Source: Lama glama (taxonomy: Eukaryota). From it: a DNA stretch of 64,000 nucleotides. How positions within the stretch are numbered: the first letter of the stretch is position 1; every line of letters begins with the position of its first letter. Below, piece by piece: positions 37,980-48,500 of the stretch. The position numbers and the translations under genes are program-made. The notes beneath the pieces are model-generated. The model was not told the DNA's origin. It made no database searches and saw only the letters and a program-made list of their open reading frames with translations. The stretch lies in contig CM052817.1 of NCBI GenBank assembly GCA_028534125.1, forward strand, positions 46,316,001-46,380,000, given 5' to 3'.

Positions 37980-39720
37980 TCTGTTGATACATTCTTTATG
38001 GTTCATATATGATCTCTTTCAGAAAATGTTCTCTGTGTGTTGGAAAAACAAATGTGATTTACGCAGCTGTTACGTGAAGCTTCCCTGTACATTTTGTTCA
38101 GGGTCATGTTGCTTAACTCTTCTATACTGTTACTGATTCTTTACTGCTTTGTCTATTAAGTATTAAAAAAAGTTTACTAGAATCTTCATCTATGACTGTG
38201 GTTTCATCTGTCGTTCCTTTTAGTTTCTGTACATTTTGCATTAGATTTTTGATAAGTTTATTAAGTTTTTTATTAAGTTCATAACATTTTATAATTATTT
38301 TTGTTTCTTGTAAAATTGCCACCCTTTTATTTTAAATCAGCCTTTTTTATCTCTATTTCTTTTCTTAAATCCTAATATATTAATTTGGTCTTAATTAGTA
38401 TATCAATCACTAACTGAAACATCAATCATTTATATTAAAAATAGATTGATAATTATTAATAATAATTAATATATCAATATATCCATGCCAGATTTCTTTC
38501 TTTTGACTTTTGCAAGATATGACACTTTGAATTCTTTTGATTTCAAGCAATCTGGGTCCTAATTTTTAATGTGTGTCTCTTTAAAGCACCACAGATTTTT
38601 TTGGTCTTAATTATACAGTCTGATAATCTTTGACTATTAATTGGAGGGTTTATTTCATTTAAATTTACAGTAATTCTTAATATAGTTGGGTTTAAGTCTA
38701 CTATCTTATAACTCTACTTGTCCTATCTTATTGAAAATAAACTTTTAATTTAGAATAATTTTAGATTTAAAAAAATTTGCATAGATAGTATAAAGAGTTC
38801 CTGTGGATCTTTTGCCCAGTATCTCCTAATGTTGACACTTGACATAATTATGGAACATTTGTCAAAACTAAGAAATTAACATTGGTACATTGCTATTAGC
38901 TACATTTCAGCCTTCATTCAGATCTCACCAATTTCCAGGAATGTCCTTTTTCTATTGCTGGATCCAACCCTAGACACCACAATGCATTTAGACTTCATGT
39001 CTTCCTCTGTCTCCTCTGATCTGTAGCAGATTCTCAGCCTTGTCTTGTTTTTGATCACTTCAACAGTTTTGAAGGATATTCATTTGGTGTTTTGTAGAAT
39101 ATTCCTCAGTTTGGAATTTTATGATCACTTTCTCTTGATTACACTGGGATTATGGGTTTGGGGTAAGAATATCTTGGAGTTGAAGCACACTTCTCATCAC
39201 ATCACATGAGGAGTCCATGATATTCACATGATGAACTGCTGATAATAACCTTGATCACTTCATTCAGGTGGTATCTACCAGAATCTCCTCTGTAAGGTTA
39301 TTATTTTTCCTTTTTCCTTATGTCTTCTATGGAAGTAAGTTACAAAGTCCAGCCCACGCTCATGTGGGGAAGGAAATTAAACCCCAACTTCAGGAGGAGA
39401 GACACTCTACTTATATCACTAGGCATTCTTCTGAAAGCAAGATTCATCCCATCTTTCCCTGTGCTACCTGTTGTTCCCTTATTCCTTAATTCAGGTATTT
39501 TCATTCATTTTATCTTCTTCTCAGCTTTTTAAATCCAAAATTTTACATTTCCTTTTTAGTGGCTGCCCTAAAAATTACTGTGTTCTTGCCACATAACAAT
39601 TTTCCTTAATAATTTCTCCTACAATTGGAGAAATGTATTGTTTTCAAGTCTGTTTATCTCCCTACCTATCCTTTGTGTTATTTTTTGTCATATTTTACTG
39701 TACATTATTACAATTTTTTT
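37980..39720 (-). mobile_element. Old L1 fragments including an L1MC-type 3' end
   Basis: aaacttttaatttagaataattttagattta...acatttgtcaaaactaagaaattaacattggtac... L1MC-like; flanked by antisense L1 endonuclease-region sequence. Confidence 0.65.
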
Positions 39721-40145
39721 AAATAGCACAGATCGTTTGAGTTCTTAGGATGAATCCACTTATCTATGTTTCACACCCAGTTTCATTAAAAGGAAAAGAA
39801 TTGCATAGTTGTTTGAAAAACCACTTACCAAACCATTTAATAGGAGCCCTTGTTGAAATATTTATAAAAATTCAACAGTTTATGAAGAACTAATTTTGAA
39901 TAAGAAGTTGGTCAGTGTGGGGAAAAAAGCAATATTTTATATAAATTTAGGATTCTCAAGGCAGTTGGGAAGGATAGTGTGTCAAATCTTACTTCTTAAG
40001 AGAAAAATAAGGAAAGTAACAGCCAGGAACAGGCATAAATTTAGGCACAAACCGAGTCTAACTGTGCAATCCCTTGGGCACCCAATAGAACTAAAAATCA
40101 AGAAGAATAAAACAAAACCTACTCATTTTTTTTTTTTGCAAAACT

Positions 40146-40151
40146 TTTATT
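40146..40151 (-). terminator. Polyadenylation signal, GRO copy B
   Basis: AATAAA about 625 nt past the stop codon, context homologous to copy A. Confidence 0.75.
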
Positions 40152-40609
40152 TTCATGTCATTTAAAAAAGTAACAACAGTTTTAACTTCTTTGTTCCAAA
40201 ACAAAGAGAAACATTGTGTAATGAACATTAAACAAGGCATTATGCCCTACAAGCAAGACATAAAATGTCCAAGGGAAACTTCAACATAAAAATGTTGACG
40301 ACATAATATGAAATAACTTCAGTATAACAACCGACATTCTTTTAAACAAGTACAAAAATAGATGTGCACACACTTTCCCTGATTCTAATAGTGATCTCAC
40401 TGTCCAATTGCTTGGACCTCCCTCTCCCACCCACCCCCTGTACCTCTATGGCAGTGCTTGGCACTTTATGGTCTCCCAATAAATACAAGTTTGAGACATT
40501 TAAAACCAATGATCTTCATATTAAATAACAATCAGGACTGAATTATGTTTCATTAAACACCTTCACATCTTTAAATATTAACATGTAAAATATTAAAATA
40601 AGAGCTTTG

Positions 40610-40641
40610 AAAAATAAATAAATAAATGTATAAATAAATAG
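40610..40641 (-). promoter_or_regulatory. AU-rich element in GRO copy B 3'UTR
   Basis: Sense strand TATTTATTTATACATTTATTTATTTATTT, overlapping AUUUA. Confidence 0.8.
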
Positions 40642-40775
40642 AATAGATAAAAAATAGCCCAGCATGTCTAGTCCTTTCTAGAAGCCAGCTGTTCTCTTCT
40701 ACATCTTCAGTTCCTGTAAGAGGAGAGATGCCTTTTCAGCACCTGCCGCCAATGAGCTTCTTACTTCTCTCTGGG

Positions 40776-41869
40776 TCAGTTGGTGCTGCTCCTGTGATGC
40801 AAAAAGGGTTAGTGTTACAGGTGCTCAGGAGAACTGCCCTTCTCTTGCACTGGCCCCTGAGGCTAGAGAGACTTCCGCTTGTAGACCCGGGAACAGCCCT
40901 GCACTTGGAAAATGTACTGATCAAAGGGATTACAAAAAATTTCACAGGTGTCCTGGCCTTGAACTCAGGGAGCTTTCACTGCACAGTCCCTGCTCTTACC
41001 ACTAAGATTTAGAGGCCGGTGTTGTCCAAAACTAAGGGTTCTACTTTTCTGATCTGAAGCCCATGGGAGACTGAGGTAGACAATGTTTGTTCCTCAATGG
41101 GTTGAAAGCATTTTAGCATCACTGGCTAAATCGATTTAATCATTTAGGAACATACATTTACCCATACTCATTTGAATGAGGAGGGGGATGAGGATGGAGG
41201 GCACTGGAAATATCCTTCTAACACCACAGCAGATCGAATTGAATGGTGAAATAATAATGATTTTCAGTCCTGCAGCTAAACCGTGGGTTTCCTTAATATA
41301 CTTTTCAGAAGGCAGATACTTGTATTTGTAACCAATGGTTCTAGCTCCAATTGTGAATAAAAATCAAAACTTACTTATTTAGCATCTTACTGATGATTTT
41401 CTTAACCATGGGGGCTGCGGGGTTGAGACAAGCTTCCTGGCCATTCTTGAGAGTGGCTCTGCAGAGAGAGGGGAGAATCCACGTGAGGCCGGAGATGGGG
41501 CTGGGGGTCAGGGTGGGGGGACAGGGAGGGTAGCGGTGACAAGGACCGCAGCAGCGGCGGCACTTACATGACTTCCGTTTGGCCACAGTGAGGTCCCGGG
41601 GGTGTCACCTTCACGCTCTGGATGTTCTTGAAGTGAATTCCCTGCACAGTCTGCAAGCAGTGGCAGCGCAGTTCGGCAACCACGGGCGCCCCTGCGGAGA
41701 GAGCAGACTCGGTTAGGGGGCCGTCCGGGGATGGGCGCCCAGCCACCCGCCCCGGCGATGCCGGGCGCCGCGTCTCACCTGCTGCGCGCCGGCCGGCGGC
41801 CACCAGGAGCAGGAGCAGCAGCGCGGCGCGGAGGAGCCGGGGGGCGGCGGGGGTCGCGGTGCGGGCCAT
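40776..41869 (-). CDS. CXCL3: GRO-family ELR+ CXC chemokine, copy B (CXCL3/CXCL1-like), 104 aa, 4 exons
   Basis: Exons 41869-41779, 41691-41568, 41458-41375, 40791-40776 (GT-AG). Protein: [104 protein letters not shown]. The 3'UTR start GAGAGAAGTAAGAAGCT resembles recalled CXCL3; symbol tentative. Confidence 0.93.
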
Positions 41870-41951
41870 GGGGCTCAGCTCGGAGGGTCTCAGTCTGCGG
41901 CGGCTGAGCTGGCGGATCGGACTCTGTGACTCCCCGAGGCGGTCGAACCTC

Positions 41952-42090
41952 TTTTATCCTGTGGGATAGGAGCTGGCAGCCCGGCGCAGGGAGATTCCCG
42001 GACGCACGGATCGTTCTCGGATCCGGAAGGAAGACGCCGCCCCGCCGCGGAGGGAGAGCGCTGGGGCCCGGCCCCGCCCGCCCCACTCCC
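41952..42090 (-). promoter_or_regulatory. GRO copy B promoter: TATA-like GATAAAA, NF-kB site, GC boxes
   Basis: GATAAAA 41958-41952; GGGAATCTCCC 41999-41989; GGGCGG boxes ~42071-42085. Confidence 0.85.
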
Positions 42091-42317
42091 GCCTAATCCG
42101 CGGACGCGGGGGTGACGTCTTTGTTCCAAATCCGCACGCAGGCAGTGAGTCGCTGCCAAGTTGGGGCTACCGCCTTAGAGGAGCCTGTAAGCACCCGATC
42201 ACCCCTGGTTTCCGGACGGGGAGTGTCAGGCCTTTTAGACCAGTGTAGGTACCGCACCACGACTTTAAGAGGGAAGAGTTACTTCTGCCTAAAACACTTC
42301 TGTTTTGGGGATTGTAA

Positions 42318-42414
42318 GAATTGATTATGATACTTACATAAACAGCAACAATCTACATTAAACCCTTATGTAAATAGGAAAAATGTATATTTTTTAAAGA
42401 AACATCTCAATTTA
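42318..42414 (+). repeat. 97-bp exact dispersed duplicate of 43853-43949
   Basis: Base-for-base identical by inspection. Confidence 0.92.
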
Positions 42415-43502
42415 GGCGGGAATGGCAGCCTCTTTTGGGTATCTATCTTCCTCTTTAATTTGTTTTTTTTCAGATTTTATTTATCACTGGAATATACTCA
42501 GGCTTTAAAAATCCATCTGTTTATGTGTAAGAACGTTTGGACAAACTAGTCCTAGTGCCTTAGGATCTCAAATAAATCACGCTCAGTGCTGCTGTTTTTC
42601 CACGTGGGCCCTGGGGGTAGGGTGAGGAAAGACCATTGCACAGGTTAATTCAGTGTTTATTTTAGGATACAGTGTTGTAATCTCTTATCTTTCCTCTCTG
42701 AAATTCTGGAACTTAAATTCTAGTAATTCCATGAGCACCACTTTTTGTTGTATAGGGTTGTTTTCATTTGTGACAGTTACTTTTGGCTATAAGGAGCCCT
42801 GCTGAGCTCAGGAGATCCCTTCACCTTTTTCTAGACCTGTCCGTGGATAGAAAAGATCATAAACATCACAAAGTACCTAGGGATTCCCTAAGGATTTTAT
42901 TATAAGCAGCAAACAGATACATTTTTCAAATATGTATGCCCTAAATTACTAGTATATTTCGTTCCATGTCCTACAAGTTTGCCTCTTTCCTGGGATGGAT
43001 TCTGTCTTGAGAATCAACTCTCAATGTACTTTAGCTATTTAAAATGTCAGTAAAGCATTTCAAATTCTTTATGGGTAAGGCTTTCTCACTGGATAATTCA
43101 GTTTTCACTATTGGCTTCAATAACCCTTTCTGGATTAAACTGTAGATCGTTTAAACTGATCCTCAAGGGTAGATGAGGACCCCCGGGGATGTGTGAGATA
43201 CTGTGTGGGTGGGGTGAGAAGGGGAGCTGAGGGAGTGGGTCTGCCTTAGGAACAGAGAGAGCTTGTCAGGCTGTCAGAGCTGAAATCTCAGCTGCACACT
43301 GCCTTGCCACATGACCTTGGGGCCAAGGGCAATTTATTTAATCTCTCTCTGCTTTTGCTTTTCCTCTGTAAAAGAGAGCTAATAATAGTGCCTGCCTCAC
43401 AGGGTGGTTATGAACATTAAATGTGTTAACACTTGTAGAACATACTAAGTGCTATATAAATATCTGTTAAATAAATAAAAGAGAAGTATTTTACAGCCTT
43501 AC

Positions 43503-43867
43503 TGTTATGGACTCCCCAAAATTCATATGTTGAAGCCCTGTATCCCATTGTGATGATATAATGAGGTGGGTCCTTTTGGAGGTAATTAGGTTTATAGGAG
43601 GTCATCAGGGTGGGGTCCTCATGATGGGATTAGTGCCTTTATAACAAAAGGCACCCTGAGAGCTTATTCTCTCCCTGTCTCTGCAGTGTGAGGATACAGC
43701 ATCAGGGTGACTATCTGCCAACCAGGAAGAGAATTCTCACTGAATGCTGAATCTGTAGACACTTTGATCTTGCTTCCCAGCCTCCAGAACTGGGGGATAT
43801 AAATGTTTGTCGTTTAAGTCACACAGTGTATTGCATTTTGTTATAGCAGCCTGAATTGATTATGATA
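43503..43867 (+). mobile_element. MaLR (MLT1A-like) solo LTR
   Basis: tgttatggact...ccaaaattcatatgttgaagccc...ttgttatagcagcctgaattgattatgata with perfect 5-bp TSD CTTAC (43498-43502, 43868-43872). Confidence 0.85.
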
Positions 43868-45527
43868 CTTACATAAACAGCAACAATCTACATTAAACCC
43901 TTATGTAAATAGGAAAAATGTATATTTTTTAAAGAAACATCTCAATTTATCTTTAAAAATTTTCAGCATTAGAAATTTTGAAAGGAAGATGTGTCTGTAT
44001 TCTTTGAGAATCCTGGAATAGATTTTTCAAATCTGTTGTTTGAAATTTCACTATCAATTCCCATATAAAATAGGAATGAGTAAAATGCTCCCCAATGCAT
44101 TTGTGGGAAAATATTTGAGAAAAGACTCTCTCTCTGCCTTGGGCATTAACAGCTAGCTACCCAAACAATAAAAAATATTAGCTGTAATGATTCCCAGACC
44201 CAACCCAAAATACTGACTTGAGTAAACACTCAGGAAGAGTAGAATTTCAGCTTATTTACAGTAGCAGCCAAAAAGATGAGATACATCAGAATCAACTCAT
44301 TATCTGCAGAATTATCTATAACTTGACTCCTAGAACTTGTTAAATTAAAATCATTAGCTTTCAGGAAGGAAGTAGAAAGGTGGGTTTTTTTTTCTTTTAT
44401 AATATACCACTTTCCATTATTTAATTCATGATAGCCCTAAACTAAGTTTCAGAAAATTTTAAGAACACCAGTGTTACAAAGTCCTTTATGATAAGCAAAT
44501 TGCTTTTTGTTTTAACATGTCCTGAACACCGCTTTTATATTCACAAGCTGTAAACCAATGTGATCACTAGCCAAATGATGTTATCTAAGTAGAAGCTTAG
44601 TTTACTAAATTCCATCTTCCTTGTAATTTTTTAATTTCATCCTTCGTATTTGACTAATACAGTGTAATATGCTTGCAAAATCTAGGGTCGCTGTTCTGAG
44701 CAAAGCACAGATCTTGCGACTTGGCCAACAAGAATGAGGGTGTGACTCTGCTTTATCTGGACTTGCTTTAGGAGCTTTGCTGACATAATTGCCACTGCCA
44801 TCCCTCCCACTTCCTAACAGCTGTAGTTTGTTGTCTGACGGTTCTAACACCGAAGGGAGAAAATAAAGACGACTGAACATGTCCCTAGATCCCAAGATCT
44901 CCCACCCCTCTGTCTAAGGGCACTCAGTTGAGCCCAGTGTTAACCTCCCCCACCAACCTCTATTACATCTGCTGTTTTGTCTGCCACCCACCCTTCTCTT
45001 CCTCCTTCTTAAAACAGAACCCTGGTTTTCCTTTGGAAATCCTCACCCCTGCCCTTATCAATCCGTGTGATTAAGGTGAGATGATTTCAATTCTGAGCTC
45101 AAGACAAGGAGTTTGTGACCCTACGGTGGTGTTTCTCCCTCCTTCCCTCCTGTGCCCTTGCCCAGGCCAATATGGGTTCACAGTGGAGCGAAAGAGTTAA
45201 GATTGGCCGATGAGACAATGCCAGTTGTGCAGCAGGCTCTTGCTTCTCGCTGGGATTGCTAAGTGCAAAGATGCAAACCTGGAGTCTTGCCACCATTTGG
45301 GGGAGCCTATCCAAGAATGGACTGTCACAGAGGAAAGCGCAGACAAGATTTTTGGGAATGTTGTTTGAGCACCTGTGTCTACCTTTGTTCTACCTAACCC
45401 ATTGACTTTTATTGCTATATAGCAATAAAGCCTCTTCTCTTATTAAGTCAGTTTGAGTTGTGATTCCATCACTCACAGGAAAAGAGTCCTGAAAAATACC
45501 TTCATCTTTCATAAGCTTCTTTTTGTG

Positions 45528-45560
<33 letters not shown>

Positions 45561-48500
45561 TGAAATATAGTCAGTTTACAATGTGTCAATTTCTGTACAG
45601 CATAATGCTTCATATTGCTTCTAAAGTTATCTTTCCAACAGATCAATTTCTTTACTATTTAAATCTTTTCTTCCCTTTTTTTCTCCATCTATTTATTTTT
45701 AAATTAGCATTTATGAGTTAGAATCACATTAGGTTCAAAGGACACAAAAAACGTATGAGATGCTTTCCACTACCACCAAACTTTCAGTCTAACAGGAGAA
45801 GCAGACACTTACAGGAAATTATAAAGCAGGTGGATAAATCCCATGAAGCGTAAGCCCAGGATATGATAGGAGCACAGAAGTGGGATTCCTAGGCTTGTTT
45901 CTCAAGGGGTGGGCCAAATTCTCAGAGAAGAACTTCAGGAAAGTTTCTCTGGGGGGAAGGTAACTCTTGAGTTGAATCTTAAAAGACGGATGAGATTTTT
46001 CTAGGTGAACTGGGAGATCTAAGGATGGGGGAAACACTCCAGAAGATGACTGAATCAACAAAGGCATCAAGGCTGGAATGAGCATCTACTGGAAGCAGCC
46101 AGCAATTCATATATCTGGAGCTTAGAGGTAGAGAGAGGGGAGAGATGGAGCTGGGAGAGGGAGGCAGGACTTAGTCACTGAAGGCTGTTGGTCAGAAACC
46201 AGTTTAGATGTTACCTTCACTGGAATGCTCTTAAATGCATCTCAAGGTGTTTCCATGACCTATGTGGACAAATTCACTACTAACTGGTGTGTAAGGAGGT
46301 CAGTAAATAAAAGGCCCAGGACAGAACAGAAAATGAAGAGATAGTGTATCTCAATTCAATAGACCTTAACTAACCACTCACTATGTATAAAGGGCTAGGA
46401 CAGAATTTATGAGATGCAAAATTGGATAAACTCTTAACTTGACGTTCTTTAATATCTATCCAATATATTCCCTTCCAACTTCTGTTGTTACTGTATTTAT
46501 AGTGAAGATTTGGATTATTTAAGCAATTTGCAGTGATTTAAATCATTTCAAGTTATACTAAGTATTCTTCCAAAATATTGGCTTTGGGCGGTTTTTAAAG
46601 GTTTTTAAAAGTTGCTCAATATTAGGTTTTCATCTCTATTTTCTCAAAATTGTTTTCTAAATGTTTAGGAAATAGTCCTGATTAAGTAAATGTTATCATG
46701 ATCATATAATGTAACACAAAGAAATAGTGGTATGACAAGTTTAAAAAAGGGAAGTCAACACAGGGAAAGGAGGAACTTCTCCATGGAAATACGTCCTTTT
46801 TGTTATAAGAGGATGTTTCTGGAGAATAAAAACATCATGATGACTTTGGCTTTGAAAGCAAAATTTAGGAAGTCAATATATGAGTGTATTAACTACAAAT
46901 AAAAGTATCACACACATGGTGTTACAATGTGGGTTTTGACAAGAAGATTTATGAATAAAGAATCAAAAACTTGATTTTTGAATGTTGTCCATCTTTTTTT
47001 TACTACAGACATATTATTTATCAGACATACTTCTAGTTTTGTTTTCACTCTTCTTGACTCTGTCCATCGGTACATGCATTTTTAAAATAGAGACACACAG
47101 AGCATATGTCACAAGTAATTGAAATGTCATCAAACTAACATGAGCAAAATAAAAGCTCTGCGTGAGGGCATGGAGGTGATGTTTAGCATTTATTTGGCAC
47201 TTACAGAAGGCCAGGAAGGAAGTCAATAGATGGCAAGGGCAGGAAATAGCCACAGCTATTACTTGGGGCTGGAACTGAGAAACAGGAAGTTAGAAATAGA
47301 ACTTACTCTCTGTTTTTCCTGTACCACGTGATTCTCCTTACAGCTTTTCTCATTGTATCTGCTTCATTTTTTGTCCAATCTGCATCCCACTAGCTAACAG
47401 CCAACAGGAACAATTGTACTTCTTTTAGGTCTTGAAAATGGTCTTCATAGGATTATTAAGAAAATCAAGTTCGCATTCGTAAAATGTGCTTGAAAGTAAA
47501 TGCTGTATGTAAAATATTGTAAAATAAAGAACAAATAATAACACAATACAATACTTAAAGAATAGCTTTTAAAAGTAAAAGGAAAATAGGTCATGCATGA
47601 ATTTTTCCTTCTACAGTTGAGGTTAAGTAATCAGTTTTATTGACTGCTTGTATTTAGCACATGGGGTAGGAGTGAGGTAATTGTTCCTCAATATGAAGGA
47701 AGTATAAGGAGAAAACGGAGGAGACCCAGAGGGATTTTGGGGATAAAAGGAAGTGAGTTTAGGGATCATCACAGTAAAGTAGGAGGACAGATCATGTACT
47801 GAGTCGTCAGGGCTGGATGTTTGAGGGAAGGGGCGAGGGTTTGGGACAACAGTTTCTGAAAGTCTGAAGGTAGTTTATCTTAATGAACAAAAGGACTGTA
47901 AATTATCAGGAAAAGGACACCTATGATTAGAAAGCATTGAAGTGCCCTGATACCAATTCACATGACTTCATTTCTTCAGCAATATATTGTAGCTCGAGGA
48001 CAAAAACAGAGAAAGACAGTGAGAGCGAGCAAGAACGTGGGATTAACCTGGTGTGAACTATGAAGATGGTAATTTGCAGAAATGACTTCTATGCTTAGCT
48101 GGAAGGTGCATGAAGCCGGATAAGGTGTGATGAACTGAAAAAATGGTGGTAGGGGAGGTTCTTTGATGGGGTTTCAGGTCCCCGTGGGATGTTGAGCATA
48201 TTCAGTGTAAGTTTGAGAGGAGAAGAGTTAGGACAAAAAGCTCTAGTCTTGGAAGGGCCTTTCAGTGTCTGTAATCTTGTGGCACTATTCTGAGGATAAT
48301 GATGTCAAGGTGAGGTTCTACCTGTGGGTGACTGAGCTAGTGTGTCATTTGAAGGTTCTGAAATAGAGGAGGTTAAAGAACCGTGAGTTCCAGGTGGGAC
48401 AAATGGGAGGAAGCTGGAGGAAAAGGGAGGGAGGATGGCTTGGTTATGTAACACATATGATACACTACCTTAAATATGTATGTATACAAAGAAATATTAC

